32,000 nucleotides of DNA from Demequinaceae bacterium (GCA_965250005.1 OZ252279.1:690001-722000), one strand, 5' to 3'; shown: positions 8,314 through 18,561, counted from the first letter of the stretch. Numbers and translations are program-made. Notes: generated from the sequence alone by a model not told the origin.

Positions 8314-9102
8314 CTACTTGCCCCGCGCGGAGCGTTCGACGAGGACGTCGATCTTCTCCTCGAGCGACGCGACTTTGTGATGGAGCTTCTTGAGTTCGCG
8401 CGCATTGTGCGCCACGGACGCAGCTTCCTTCTTCTCGCTGGTGGCGCTCGTCAGCCGGACGAACCACGCTGCGACGGAGGCTGTCGCGACGCCGAACACG
8501 GCGACCCCCACCAGCATCAAACCCGAGGCGACCACTCGCCCCTCCCCCGTGACCGGGGCGATATCGCCGTATCCAACCGTCGTGACCGTCACCAGCGACC
8601 ACCAGGCCGCATCGCCGAACGAGTGCACCTCGCTGCCGATGGCGCCGTTCTCCGCGTCAAACAGCGCAACGGCCCCAATCCACATGAGCAGCAGAACGGA
8701 GACTCCGACCGCCTGACCCGTCGCGAGCACCCCCTTGGACGTCACCATCTTGTTCCCCGACATGAAAATTGTCAGGATCTTGAGCGGGCGCAGCCGTGGG
8801 TCAAGCACGGGGAGGACATCGAACGGGTGGCGGTAGACAAAGCGCCACGAATGCTTGGAGATGACCACGCGGACCACGAGGTCGACCGCGAAGGCGACCC
8901 AAATTGCCGCACGGACAATCTCCAGCACGGTGGTGACCCAGTTGGGGAGGCTAGTGACCAACGCGTCCACGGACCACACCGCCAGGAACAGCAGGGCAAG
9001 AATCAGCATCGGTCCATCAAAACGCTTGGCATACGCGTGATAGCGCTCGCCGCGCACGAGTGCGCGAACCTGTTGCGCCGCCCGACTTTCGCGTACTGCC
9101 AC
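8314..9102 (-). CDS. potassium channel (ion-transport family) with C-terminal coiled coil
   Basis: GTG 9102 with AGGAGG 5 nt upstream. Carries the TVGYGD K+ selectivity filter in WWSLVTVTTVGYGDIAPVT, with multiple TM helices before it. Confidence 0.85.
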   Translation of the reverse strand: MAVRESRAAQQVRALVRGERYHAYAKRFDGPMLILALLFLAVWSVDALVTSLPNWVTTVLEIVRAAIWVAFAVDLVVRVVISKHSWRFVYRHPFDVLPVLDPRLRPLKILTIFMSGNKMVTSKGVLATGQAVGVSVLLLMWIGAVALFDAENGAIGSEVHSFGDAAWWSLVTVTTVGYGDIAPVTGEGRVVASGLMLVGVAVFGVATASVAAWFVRLTSATSEKKEAASVAHNARELKKLHHKVASLEEKIDVLVERSARGK

Positions 9103-9114
9103 GAATCCTCCTAG

Positions 9115-9188
9115 TGGGCCCTACCGGACTCGAACCGATGACACCTGCGGTGTAAGCGCAGTGCTCTAACCAACTGAGCTAAGGGCCC
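9115..9188 (-). tRNA. tRNA-Val (anticodon TAC)
   Basis: Minus strand: GGGCCCTTAGCTCAGTTGGTTAGAGCACTGCGCTTACACCGCAGGTGTCATCGGTTCGAGTCCGGTAGGGCCCA. It folds as a cloverleaf: acceptor GGGCCCT/AGGGCCC, D stem GCTC/GAGC, anticodon stem CTGCG/CGCAG with loop CTTACAC, and T stem ATCGG/CCGGT with loop TTCGAGT. No encoded CCA. Confidence 0.92.
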
Positions 9189-9240
9189 GCGCCCATTGTT
9201 CCCTATCGGGGCGCTGGCGAAAACTGGGATAGCGAGAGAA

Positions 9241-9666
9241 CTACTTCTGCCTGCCCTTTTCCACCAGGTGCGTCGCGGTCCAACGCGCGGACGCCACGAA
9301 AGTGGACGTTGCGTGGAGACCGGAAAGCGATGAGCCTTCCTCAATGTCGCGCTGCTCAACATGGCCGTCGAGTCCAGCCTTGGGCGTCAGCAACCAGACG
9401 GCGCCGCCGCCCTCGAGCAGGGACTGAACATCCATGAGGAGATCCGCTAGGTCGTCGTCTCCGTCACGGAACCAGACCAGCGCGGCGTCGGTAACGTCGC
9501 CATAGTCTTCGTCGACGAGAGTCGCGCCTGTGGCCTCAAGACCCGCGCGCAACGCGTCGTCCGAGTCGTCGTCATACAGGAACTCCTGGACAACGAGACC
9601 CTTGCTAAGCATGAATCGCGCCAGGATCGCAGGGTCTGCGGCCTCCGCGCCCTTCTTCTGTGCCAC
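9241..9666 (-). CDS. DUF3052 domain protein
   Basis: ORF 9241..9702 (TTG start). I prefer GTG 9666, which has GAAAGGGG upstream. Product: LVVQEFLYDDDSDDALRAGLEATGATLVDEDYGDVTDAALVWFRDGDDDLADLL...VWLLTPKAG. It sits divergently upstream of aceE, as in other actinobacteria. Confidence 0.72.
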   Translation of the reverse strand: MAQKKGAEAADPAILARFMLSKGLVVQEFLYDDDSDDALRAGLEATGATLVDEDYGDVTDAALVWFRDGDDDLADLLMDVQSLLEGGGAVWLLTPKAGLDGHVEQRDIEEGSSLSGLHATSTFVASARWTATHLVEKGRQK

Positions 9667-9831
9667 GGTTCCGAGGCCCCTTTCAAACGTTGGATCGCAC
9701 AAAATGTGCGGTTGTCACCACAGTAGAGGCACCTGGGCGGCGTCGCAACGCACTTTATGCGGTAGGGGCTGGCGTGACATTCCGCCGTCTTGTCGCAAGA
9801 ATGGGTCGGTTGGCGGAACACCGCCGCACCT

Positions 9832-12585
9832 ATGACTACGCGGCGCACCACCCACGCGCCCCCCGGAGGCCACGCGCTCGTGACACCCCTGAACGAGGCT
9901 GACAGCGATCCACAGGAAACAGCCGAGTGGCTCGAGTCCCTCGATGGACTCATCAAGGCGGGCGGACCAGCCCGCGCGGAGAACATTCTCACCGCCCTGA
10001 TTGAGCACGCTGCGAGCCAGCAGCTGAGTCTTCCTCTCAACCTCAACACTCCGTACATCAACTCGATCGACGTGGACGACGAGCCCGTCTATCCGGGCGA
10101 CGAGCTGCTTGAACGCCGGTACCGCGGGTGGATCCGCTGGAACGCCGCGGTCATGGTCACGCGCGCGCAAGCCGCCGGCAAGGGCGTCGGAGGGCACATC
10201 TCGTCCTACGCCTCCGTTGCCACTCTCTACGAAGTTGGCCTCAACCACTTCTTCCGAGGCAAGAATCACCCCGGAGGCGGCGACCAAATCTATTTCCAGG
10301 GGCACGCGGCGCCGGGCGTCTACGCCCGCGCTCTAGTCGAGGGCCGGCTCACGGAGCAGGACCTCGACTCCTTCAGGCAAGAAAAGTCCGGCCCTGGCCG
10401 TGGTCTCAGCAGTTACCCGCACCCGCGGCTCATGCCCGACCTCTGGGAGTTCCCCACGGTCTCTATGGGGCTTGGGCCCGCATCGGCGATCTACCAAGCG
10501 TGGACCAACCGCTACCTGCACCTGCGTGGCATCAAGGACACCTCCGAACAGCACGTATGGGCATACTTAGGCGACGGCGAAATGGACGAGCCCGAAAGCC
10601 GCGGCATGCTGCAGTTAGCCGCAAACCAGGGCCTCGACAACCTCACTTTCGTGGTGAACTGCAACCTTCAGCGCCTCGACGGCCCCGTGCGTGGAAACGG
10701 CAAGATCATCCAGGAACTCGAGGCGTACTTCCGCGGAGCGGGCTGGAACGTGATCAAGGTTGTGTGGGGTCGCAACTGGGATCCGCTGCTAGCGCGCGAC
10801 AAGGACGGCGCACTCGTCAACCTTATGAATACCGTCCCCGACGGCGACTTCCAGACGTACCGCGCTGAATCCGGCGCATTCATCCGCGACCACTTTTTTG
10901 GCGGCGACCCGCGTGCCAAAGAGCTCGTAGAGGACATGACAGACGACCAAATCTGGGCGCTGAAGCGCGGCGGCCACGACTACCAGAAACTGTACGCGGC
11001 ATACGCGAAGTCCGTGTCGAAGAATGGCAAGCCCACGGTCATTCTCGCGAAGACCGTCAAGGGTTACGGCCTCGGGACCAACTTCGCAGCCCGGAACTCC
11101 ACACACCAGATGAAAAAGCTGGCAGTCAACGACCTCAAAGTCATGCGCGACACGTTCAACATCCCGATCACCGATGCGCAGATCGAGGCAGATCCGTACA
11201 GCCCCCCATACTACGTGCCAGACATGAGCAGCCCTGAAATCCAGTACATGCTGGATCGCCGTCAGCAATTGGGCGGGTTTGTGCCCGAGCGACGCACCGA
11301 GGAAGCGCCCATCGCGCTACCCGCCGACGAGTCGTACGACATCCTCGCGAAGGGCTCCGGAAAGCAGCAGGTCGCCACAACCCAGGCCTTCGTGCGCCTA
11401 TTCAAGGACCTGGTCCGGGACAAGGAATTCGGCCATAGAGTGGTGCCGATCATTCCCGACGAGGCGCGTACGTTCGGCCTTGATTCCATCTTTCCGTCAG
11501 CCAAGATCTTTAACACGCGGGGTCAGAACTACCTGCCCGTTGACCGGGAACTGATGCTCAGTTACAAGGAGTCTGAGTCAGGGCAGATTATGCACACGGG
11601 GATCAACGAGGCGGGCTCTGCGGCTGCGTTCCAAGCCGTTGGGACCGCGTACTCGACGCACGGTGTTCCCATGGTCCCGTTCTACATCTTCTACTCGATG
11701 TTCGGGTTTCAGCGCACCGGTGACCAGTTCTGGGCGGCAGGCGACCAGCTCACGCGCGGGTTCATCATCGGCGCCACCGCCGGCCGCACCACGCTTACGG
11801 GCGAAGGCCTCCAGCACGCCGATGGCCACTCCCCCATCCTTGCGGGAACGAACACGGCGGTCGTGCAGTACGACCCCGCGTACGGCTACGAGATCCGCCA
11901 CATCGTCAAGGCGGGCATCGAGCGGATGTACGGCGGCAAGCACGAGGACCCGAGCGTCATGTACTACCTGACGGTCTACAACGAGCCGATGTCCCAGCCC
12001 GAGGAGCCCGCCGACGTAGACGTCGAAGGAATCCTCCAGGGCATCCACCGGGTTTCCACGGCCGACGGTGATGGGCCTCGCGCACAGATCCTCGCCTCCG
12101 GCGTCGCGGTGCCATGGGCATACGAGGCTCAGCAATTGCTCGCCGACGACTGGGGCGTGCGCGCAGACGTCTGGTCCGTCACTTCGTGGAACGAGTTGCG
12201 CCGCGAAGCGCTAGACGCAGAGGCCCACAACTTCCTGGAACCCGACCAAGAGCAGCGCGTGCCGTACCTGACGACCAAGCTTGCCGGGGCCGAGGGACCG
12301 TTTGTCGCCACCACGGACTTCGACCACCTAGTCCCCGACCAGGTGCGCGCGTGGATCCCGGGTGACTACGCGACGCTAGGCGCGGACGGCTACGGCTTCT
12401 CGGACACGCGCCAGGCCGCGCGCCGGTTCTTCAAGATTGACGGCCCGTCCACCGTGGCCCGCGTGCTCCAGAGCCTGGAAAAGCGTGGCGAGGTCCCCGC
12501 GCAAACTACAGCGAAAGCCATCGAGAAGTATGCGCTTCACGACGTCACCAAGGGTGCGTCGGGCAACTCAGGCGGCGACTCGTAG
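9832..12585 (+). CDS. aceE: pyruvate dehydrogenase E1 component (homodimeric type)
   Basis: ORF 9790..12585. ATG 9832 is the preferred start and TTG 9790 is possible. Product: [40 protein letters not shown] (ThDP-binding GDG), over 900 aa. Confidence 0.92.
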   Translation: MTTRRTTHAPPGGHALVTPLNEADSDPQETAEWLESLDGLIKAGGPARAENILTALIEHAASQQLSLPLNLNTPYINSIDVDDEPVYPGDELLERRYRGWIRWNAAVMVTRAQAAGKGVGGHISSYASVATLYEVGLNHFFRGKNHPGGGDQIYFQGHAAPGVYARALVEGRLTEQDLDSFRQEKSGPGRGLSSYPHPRLMPDLWEFPTVSMGLGPASAIYQAWTNRYLHLRGIKDTSEQHVWAYLGDGEMDEPESRGMLQLAANQGLDNLTFVVNCNLQRLDGPVRGNGKIIQELEAYFRGAGWNVIKVVWGRNWDPLLARDKDGALVNLMNTVPDGDFQTYRAESGAFIRDHFFGGDPRAKELVEDMTDDQIWALKRGGHDYQKLYAAYAKSVSKNGKPTVILAKTVKGYGLGTNFAARNSTHQMKKLAVNDLKVMRDTFNIPITDAQIEADPYSPPYYVPDMSSPEIQYMLDRRQQLGGFVPERRTEEAPIALPADESYDILAKGSGKQQVATTQAFVRLFKDLVRDKEFGHRVVPIIPDEARTFGLDSIFPSAKIFNTRGQNYLPVDRELMLSYKESESGQIMHTGINEAGSAAAFQAVGTAYSTHGVPMVPFYIFYSMFGFQRTGDQFWAAGDQLTRGFIIGATAGRTTLTGEGLQHADGHSPILAGTNTAVVQYDPAYGYEIRHIVKAGIERMYGGKHEDPSVMYYLTVYNEPMSQPEEPADVDVEGILQGIHRVSTADGDGPRAQILASGVAVPWAYEAQQLLADDWGVRADVWSVTSWNELRREALDAEAHNFLEPDQEQRVPYLTTKLAGAEGPFVATTDFDHLVPDQVRAWIPGDYATLGADGYGFSDTRQAARRFFKIDGPSTVARVLQSLEKRGEVPAQTTAKAIEKYALHDVTKGASGNSGGDS

Positions 12586-12601
12586 CCCCTCGTCGCGCGT
12601 A

Positions 12602-12641
12602 GCGAACTGGGGACCCACCGTGAGGCGGGTCCCCAGTTCGC
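12602..12641. terminator. bidirectional stem-loop between convergent aceE and the membrane-protein gene
   Basis: GCGAACTGGGGACCC (12602-12616), a 10-nt loop, then GGGTCCCCAGTTCGC (12627-12641). This is a perfect 15-bp stem. There is no long T tract. Confidence 0.55.
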
Positions 12642-12668
12642 TGCGCGACGCTGTTCGCGTCTCGCCAT

Positions 12669-13604
12669 CTACTTCTTTGCAGGCGGCTTCTTGGCTGCCG
12701 GTTTCTTGGCTGCCTGCTTGGACGGCGCCGCCGACTTCCCGTCCGCAGCGTCCTCCGACCCCTTGTTGGAGCCCGCAGTGGCTGCCTTGCCACCCGCGGC
12801 TGCTGCAGCGGCTACCGCCGCCACCTCAGCGTTGCCGAGCTTGCGAATGCGGCACACCGGAATCATCCGGATAATCAACGTGATTACGAGGCTGCCGAAG
12901 ATACCCCAGAGGGTGATCAGTATCCAACCTGAGAAGAGACTCTCAGGCTCGAGGACCAACCAAGCGTCGAGGTCGCAGGTGCCGTCACTAGACGTAATAT
13001 TTCCCGTCATGTGGATCAGCCCTGAGACATCTACGCGCGTGTAGTCGTAGATGGTTTCGCTTTCGACCGCGACATCGATGATGCCACCGTCATTGGGGCT
13101 TCGTCCCTCGTTACTCTCGCCCTTGCTCCACACCTGAAGGTTAAACCCAGCGAATTCGACGGCAATCCATCCGGTCCAATCTTCGAAGGGGCCGGGAGTA
13201 GAGCCTTCCCACTCGATTGCGCCACCCCTGTCAATCATCATCGGATTGCTCGCCGATGTGGTCTTGGGCGTCGCCGCGTCGAGCGGGAGCCCCAGCCCAT
13301 CGGTGGAAATGCCCGCTACGGTGCACCCTCCCGTGAGGTCGCCGTTCGCGTTGTGCGCGGGCGCCCCCACGCCCGCCCAAACGATCATGAGCGCGGCGAG
13401 CACCATCACGGAAATGAATTTGGCCGACTTCATGACTGTCGTGAGCATCAGTGAACCCACGAGGATTCCGAGGCCTAGCAGGCCCCAGACCACCAACTGC
13501 GTGGGCGCGACGATCGCGCCAATCCACAGAATTAGCACGAGGACGAGGGCGGCGGACCCTCCCAATACTGCGCCGAGGATCGGCTTGCCTGTCTTTGCTT
13601 CCAC
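12669..13604 (-). CDS. uncharacterised membrane protein with Lys/Ala/Pro-rich C-terminal tail
   Basis: ORF 12669..13634 (TTG start). GTG 13604 is preferred because GGGAGGGAG lies about 9 nt upstream. N-terminal TM helices, a central non-hydrophobic domain, a late TM helix (WILITLWGIFGSLVITLII), then ...KQAAKKPAAKKPPAKK. Confidence 0.62.
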   Translation of the reverse strand: MEAKTGKPILGAVLGGSAALVLVLILWIGAIVAPTQLVVWGLLGLGILVGSLMLTTVMKSAKFISVMVLAALMIVWAGVGAPAHNANGDLTGGCTVAGISTDGLGLPLDAATPKTTSASNPMMIDRGGAIEWEGSTPGPFEDWTGWIAVEFAGFNLQVWSKGESNEGRSPNDGGIIDVAVESETIYDYTRVDVSGLIHMTGNITSSDGTCDLDAWLVLEPESLFSGWILITLWGIFGSLVITLIIRMIPVCRIRKLGNAEVAAVAAAAAAGGKAATAGSNKGSEDAADGKSAAPSKQAAKKPAAKKPPAKK

Positions 13605-13704
13605 GTTGAAGCTCCCTCCCATAAGGTGTTTCAACGCTAGTCATCCGGCGGCGACGCGGCTAGTGGTTTGTGGATTTCCCACAAGCGGCACCTATGCTGA
13701 TCAG

Positions 13705-14874
13705 ATGGCAACAGCAGACATGCGCACGGAAACGCTGCGGCGCCTCAAAAGCGGAACCGGCGTTCTGTCCACTGCAGCGATCAAGAGCCTCGACTCAGAC
13801 TTCATCTGGTTTCGCGAGTTGCCAGCGCGAGAGCGATCCTGGGTGGGAACGGTGGCCCAGGCCGGCATCAATGCGTTTGTCGAGTGGTACGCGAATCCGA
13901 AGGAAGTGGGCAGAGGCGCCAGTGAGGTGTTTGCCGCCGCACCGCCCGAACTCACCCGCTCGATCTCGCTCCAGCACACCCTGAGCATCGTCCGTACTGT
14001 TGTGAAAGTCGTCGAGGATCACTCCGACGACTTTGCTTCTCCGGGGACCGAAGCCCAGTTGAGGGAGGCAATCCTGCGCTATTCGCGCGAGATCGCATTC
14101 TCTGCCGCCGAGGTCTACGCGCGAGCCGCGGAGTCTCGCGGAGCCTGGGATGCGCGCCTTGAGGCTCTCGTGGTCGACGCCCTGGTTCGTGGCGAGATCA
14201 CGGACGATCTGCCATCTCGTGCGGCCGCTCTCGGGTGGAAACCGGGCCCAACCGTGGTGATGGTTGGCCTCACGGACGGCGCGCTTGGGGAAATCCAGTC
14301 AGCGGAATTGCGCCGGACCATTCGGCGGGTGGCTCGCGGGGCTCTTGTTGGAATACATGGCGAGGACCTTGTGGTGATCGCGCGCACCGACGCCGAACTC
14401 GATGAGATCACCGAATCGCTGCTGCCGTCGTTCGGCCCGGGGCCAGTGGTGATCGGTCCTCCGGCCGTGAGCCTGGTTGAGGTCGCCCACTCCACGCGTG
14501 CCGCCCTCGCTGGAGTGGTGGCCGCGCCCGCGTGGTCCCTCGCGCCGCGGCCCGCGAACGCGGATGACCTTCTGCCCGAGCGCGTCCTCGTGGGCGACGC
14601 GAGCGCTCGCGGCCGGTTGATCGATGTCGCATATGACCCCATCCTTCAGGCCGGTGGTTCACTCAAGGAGACCATCGGCACGTTCCTGGATTGCGGGCGG
14701 TCCCTGGAACTCGCCTCACGGACGATGTTCGTGCACGCCAATACCGTCCGGTATCGCCTAAAGAAGGTTAGCGACTTGACGGGCTGGGACGCCCTGAATA
14801 CGCGGGACGCACACGTGCTTTCCACGGCTTTTGCCCTGGGCCGCCTGCGCGACTCGAGCCACGCTCCGTTGTAG
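13705..14874 (+). CDS. fasR: PucR-family transcriptional regulator, FasR/MabR-type by position
   Basis: ORF 13246..14874 trimmed to ATG 13705, since the upstream part is antisense to the neighbouring gene. The C-terminal HTH is TMFVHANTVRYRLKKVSDLTG. It lies immediately upstream of fabD-fabH-acpP-fabF, matching SCO2386 and Rv2242. Confidence 0.82.
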   Translation: MATADMRTETLRRLKSGTGVLSTAAIKSLDSDFIWFRELPARERSWVGTVAQAGINAFVEWYANPKEVGRGASEVFAAAPPELTRSISLQHTLSIVRTVVKVVEDHSDDFASPGTEAQLREAILRYSREIAFSAAEVYARAAESRGAWDARLEALVVDALVRGEITDDLPSRAAALGWKPGPTVVMVGLTDGALGEIQSAELRRTIRRVARGALVGIHGEDLVVIARTDAELDEITESLLPSFGPGPVVIGPPAVSLVEVAHSTRAALAGVVAAPAWSLAPRPANADDLLPERVLVGDASARGRLIDVAYDPILQAGGSLKETIGTFLDCGRSLELASRTMFVHANTVRYRLKKVSDLTGWDALNTRDAHVLSTAFALGRLRDSSHAPL

Positions 14875-14885
14875 GAAACCTACAA
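14869..14885. promoter_or_regulatory. inverted repeat TTGTAGG-AAA-CCTACAA at the fasR stop / fabD upstream region (candidate operator)
   Basis: Read directly. It has 7-bp perfect arms and a 3-nt spacer. It overlaps the fasR TAG and lies 67 nt upstream of the fabD ATG. Its function is inferred only. Confidence 0.3.
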
Positions 14886-14951
14886 AACTTGGGGTAGACG
14901 TTAGCGTACGCGGCGTGAGCGATGCGGCCCAGTGTCATGCACGCTTGTTAC

Positions 14952-15866
14952 ATGCTTGCAGTCGTTTGCCCTGGACAGGGCGCACAAGCCCCCGGAATGC
15001 TCTCCTCCTGGCTCGAGATCCCTGAGATCGCCGAGCGCCTCGGAGCGCTATCCGAGGCGGCACACATTGACGTCGTCGCGCACGGAACCACGTCGGACGC
15101 CGATGCTATCCGCCACACGGCGATCGCGCAGCCCTTGCTGGTCGCCACGGCGATTGCCACGGGCCGCTCGCTCCTCGACGACACCGCGCCCGCGATTTCG
15201 GCGGGCCACTCCGTTGGAGAGCTGGGCGCGGCCGCACTGGCGGGCGTGATCAGCGACAGCGACGCCATGCTCCTAGTCTCCGTGCGGGCCAACGCCATGG
15301 CTTCGGCCGCCGCGTCGAGTGAGGCCACATCGATGGCCGCGGTACTTGGCGGCGACCCCGACCACGTGGCCACCGCGATCGCACTGCACGGCCTCACGCT
15401 CGCGAACGTGAATGGCGGTGGGCAAGTGGTCGCGGCGGGTGCCAAGGCCGCGATCGACGCGCTGGTTGACGCACCCCCCGAGAAGACGCGTGTCATCGAG
15501 CTGCAGGTCGCAGGAGCGTTCCACACGTCCTACATGGCATCTGCCGTTGACGCTCTAGGCGCTGCCGCGCGCGACATTGAGCGTCGTGATCCCCCGCGAG
15601 CGCTGCTGTCCAACGCCGATGGCACCCGCGTGATCGATGGCACGGACGCAATCGCGCGCATTGTGAATCAGGTCTCAAGCCCCGTGCGCTGGGACCTCTG
15701 CCAAGAAACAATGATCGACATGGGCGTCACCGCCCTGATTGAACTCGCGCCTGGCGGAGTACTCACCGGACTGGCCAAGCGCAGCATGAAGGGCATCCCA
15801 GCAGTTGCCCTCAAGTCGCCCGCGGATCTCGATGCCGCCCGAGAACTCCTGGAGCTCCACGCATGA
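14952..15866 (+). CDS. fabD: ACP S-malonyltransferase
   Basis: ORF 14922..15866 trimmed to ATG 14952. Product: MLAVVCPGQGAQ, GHSVGELGA (active-site GHSxG), VAGAFHTSYM. Confidence 0.9.
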   Translation: MLAVVCPGQGAQAPGMLSSWLEIPEIAERLGALSEAAHIDVVAHGTTSDADAIRHTAIAQPLLVATAIATGRSLLDDTAPAISAGHSVGELGAAALAGVISDSDAMLLVSVRANAMASAAASSEATSMAAVLGGDPDHVATAIALHGLTLANVNGGGQVVAAGAKAAIDALVDAPPEKTRVIELQVAGAFHTSYMASAVDALGAAARDIERRDPPRALLSNADGTRVIDGTDAIARIVNQVSSPVRWDLCQETMIDMGVTALIELAPGGVLTGLAKRSMKGIPAVALKSPADLDAARELLELHA

Positions 15867-16861
15867 CCACATTGAGCATCAACCGCGGGCCCGAGTTTTC
15901 GCGAATCCTCGGCCTAGGCGTCGCCCGCGGCGAGCAGGTCGTCCCCAACGAAGACATCGTCGGCCCGATCAACTCCTCTGACGAGTGGATCCGCCAACGC
16001 ACGGGCATCGCCACGCGCGTCCGCGCCAACGAAGATACATCGGTGCTGGACCTTGCCGAGCGGGCATCCGCGGACGCGATCGCGGCTTCCGGGATTTCCG
16101 CCGACGAGGTCGACACAGTCATTTTGTCGACCATCACGTACCCCCACCAGACACCGGGCGGCGCGCCCATCCTCGCGGATCGCCTCGGGGCAGCTGACGC
16201 AGCCGCATACGACATCTCGGCGGCGTGCGCAGGCTACTGCTACGCGATCGGCCAGGCGGACGCCCTGGTGCGCTCGGGCAACTCGCAAAACGTGCTCGTG
16301 GTTGGCGCCGAGAAGATGAGCGACTTCATTGATCCGACCGACCGCTCCATCTCGTTTCTTCTAGGTGACGCGGCGGGCGCCGTCCTAATTGGCGCCTCTG
16401 ACACGCCCGGCATCGGCCCGACGGTGTGGGGATCCGACGGCTCGCAGTCGCACACGATCACGCAGACCAACTCGTGGATCGAGGTGCGCGACTCAGACGT
16501 CCCCTTCCCTACCTTGCAGCAGGAGGGCCTCACCGTATTCAAGTGGGCTTCGTTCAAGATGGCACCTATCGCGATGCAAGCCCTTGAGTCCGCTGGCGTC
16601 ACCCCGGACGACATTCAGGCATTTATCCCCCACCAGGCCAACATGCGCATCATCGACCAGATGATCAAGCAAATCGGGCTGCCCGACACGGTTGCGGTCG
16701 GCCGCGACATCGCTGACTCCGGCAACACGTCGGCGGCGTCAATCCCGCTCGCGACGGAACGGATGGTGCGCGAGGGAGCAGCGAAGTCAGGCGACCTCGC
16801 CCTACAGATCGGGTTTGGCGCGGGCCTCGTGTATGCCGCCCAAGTCATCGTCCTTCCGTAA
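15863..16861 (+). CDS. fabH: beta-ketoacyl-ACP synthase III
   Basis: ATGA overlap with the fabD stop. Product: DISAACAGYCYA (active Cys), IPHQANMRII, GNTSAASIP, FGAGL. Confidence 0.9.
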   Translation: MTTLSINRGPEFSRILGLGVARGEQVVPNEDIVGPINSSDEWIRQRTGIATRVRANEDTSVLDLAERASADAIAASGISADEVDTVILSTITYPHQTPGGAPILADRLGAADAAAYDISAACAGYCYAIGQADALVRSGNSQNVLVVGAEKMSDFIDPTDRSISFLLGDAAGAVLIGASDTPGIGPTVWGSDGSQSHTITQTNSWIEVRDSDVPFPTLQQEGLTVFKWASFKMAPIAMQALESAGVTPDDIQAFIPHQANMRIIDQMIKQIGLPDTVAVGRDIADSGNTSAASIPLATERMVREGAAKSGDLALQIGFGAGLVYAAQVIVLP

Positions 16862-16922
16862 CCTATAAGTGTTCACATCAGAACTAGATGCTTAAGCATC
16901 ACCAACACAAGGAGAAAAACCC

Positions 16923-17171
16923 ATGGCTAAGTCCGAAAACGAGATCCTCGCGGGTCTCGCTGCAATTGTCGCTGAAGAGACCGGCCTCGACGCCGCGGAA
17001 GTGACGGGCGACAAGTCCTTCACCGACGACCTCGACATCGACTCGCTGTCCATGATGACTATCGTCACGCTCGCAGAAGAAGAGTTCGACGTGCGCATCC
17101 CCGACGAGGACGTGAAGAACCTCGTCACCGTCAACGACGCCGTTAAGTACATGACCGGCGCCCAGTCCTAA
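16923..17171 (+). CDS. acpP: acyl carrier protein
   Basis: 82 aa with AAGGAG upstream and DLDIDSLSMM (phosphopantetheine Ser). Confidence 0.92.
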   Translation: MAKSENEILAGLAAIVAEETGLDAAEVTGDKSFTDDLDIDSLSMMTIVTLAEEEFDVRIPDEDVKNLVTVNDAVKYMTGAQS

Positions 17172-17204
17172 CTTCGATCAACCCTTAACCCACACGGAGA
17201 ACAC

Positions 17205-18440
17205 ATGACGAACGTCGTTGTCACTGGTCTTGGAGCCACCACGCCAATAGGCGGGGATGTCGCCTCGACCTGGGAGGGAGCCCTTGCCGGGAAGTCCGGC
17301 GTACGCACCCTCGAGAACGACTGGGCAGAGAAGTACGAGATCCCGGTTGGCTTTGCTGGCCAGGCTGCCGTTCTACCCGAGGAGGTCCTCACGCGCCCGG
17401 AAACTAAGCGCATGGACCCGTCTGCTCAATTCGCGATTGTCGCGACCCGTGAGGCTTGGGCCGACGCCGGCTCGCCCGAGGTAGACCCCGAGCGCCTTGG
17501 CGCAGTGGTGTCCTCGGGCATCGGCGGTGTCTGGACCCTGCTCAACGCGTGGGACACCATCAGGGAAAAGGGAGCCAGGCGTGTCTTGCCCATGTCCGTG
17601 CCCATGCTCATGCCCAACTCCCCTGCCGCATACGTGGAGCTGGAGATTGGGGCAAAGGCCGGTGCGCACGCACCAGTCTCGGCCTGCGCGTCAGGCGCGG
17701 AGGCCATCGCCACCGGCTACCGAATGATCATGGACGGCCGCGCGGACATCGTGGTTGCTGGCGGTACTGAGGCGGCGACGCACCCGGTGTGCCTCGCCAC
17801 CTTCGCTGCCATGCACGCACTATCCACGCGAAATGACGACCCTGCGACCGCGTCGCGCCCGTACGACGTCACGCGCGACGGCTTTGTCATGGGCGAGGGC
17901 TCCGGAATTCTGGTGCTCGAGTCGGAGGAGCACGCCAAAGCTCGCGGCGCGCGCATCTACGCGACACTCAGCGGCGTAGGCCTCACCTCCGACGCGCACC
18001 ACATAGCGGCTCCCGAGCCGAACGGCGACGGCCAAACGCGCGCCATGAGATTCGCCATCGAAGACGCCGGAGTTACAACGCAGGACATCGACCACATCAA
18101 CGCGCACGCCACGTCGACGCCGCTGGGCGACATGATCGAGGCACGTGCGATCAGAGGACTGCTCGGCTCGCACGCCGACCAGGTGCTTTTGAGCGCGACC
18201 AAGTCCATGACCGGCCACCTCCTGGGCGGGGCCGGCGCGGTCGAGTCGGTGTTCGTAATCAAGGCGCTCACCGAGCGCCTCGCGCCTCCGACCATCAACG
18301 TCTCCGAGGTCGAGCCTGAGCTTGCGGTGGACCTGGTTCGTGACAAGCCGCGCGAGCTTCACGACGGCGACCTCACGGCAATCAACAACTCGTTCGGGTT
18401 TGGTGGCCACAACGTCGCGCTGGTCTTCACAAGCGTGTAG
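17205..18440 (+). CDS. fabF: beta-ketoacyl-ACP synthase II (KasA/FabF type)
   Basis: VVVTGLGATTPIG, PVSACASGAEAI (active Cys), NAHATSTPLGD, NSFGFGGHN. Confidence 0.9.
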   Translation: MTNVVVTGLGATTPIGGDVASTWEGALAGKSGVRTLENDWAEKYEIPVGFAGQAAVLPEEVLTRPETKRMDPSAQFAIVATREAWADAGSPEVDPERLGAVVSSGIGGVWTLLNAWDTIREKGARRVLPMSVPMLMPNSPAAYVELEIGAKAGAHAPVSACASGAEAIATGYRMIMDGRADIVVAGGTEAATHPVCLATFAAMHALSTRNDDPATASRPYDVTRDGFVMGEGSGILVLESEEHAKARGARIYATLSGVGLTSDAHHIAAPEPNGDGQTRAMRFAIEDAGVTTQDIDHINAHATSTPLGDMIEARAIRGLLGSHADQVLLSATKSMTGHLLGGAGAVESVFVIKALTERLAPPTINVSEVEPELAVDLVRDKPRELHDGDLTAINNSFGFGGHNVALVFTSV

Positions 18441-18561
18441 CCGTTCGTCGTGCCGTAATCCTGGCGCACCGGTTGACTCGGCGGTATCGTAGCCAAGTTC
18501 GTCAATTCTGCTGAGGCAATGGCGCGCGTAGCGCCGATCCTCGACATCGCGAGGAGGAATC

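Noticed and set aside
7465-9114. A 549-aa ORF on the + strand, one of the longest in the track.
   Set aside because: It is antisense to both the Nif3 and K+ channel genes and crosses their intergenic gap. Its composition is the Arg/Gly/Asp/His-rich pattern typical of the antisense frame in high-GC DNA. The minus-strand products carry clear family motifs (TVGYGD, HTNAD).
13246-13704. An N-terminal 153-codon extension of the fasR ORF.
   Set aside because: It is antisense to the 12669..13604 membrane-protein gene. The recognisable PucR-type protein begins at ATG 13705.
18441-18561. A TTGACT hexamer at about 18473 as a possible -35 for the downstream membrane-protein gene.
   Set aside because: There is no acceptable TANNNT -10 at 16-18 nt spacing, so it is not reported as a promoter.
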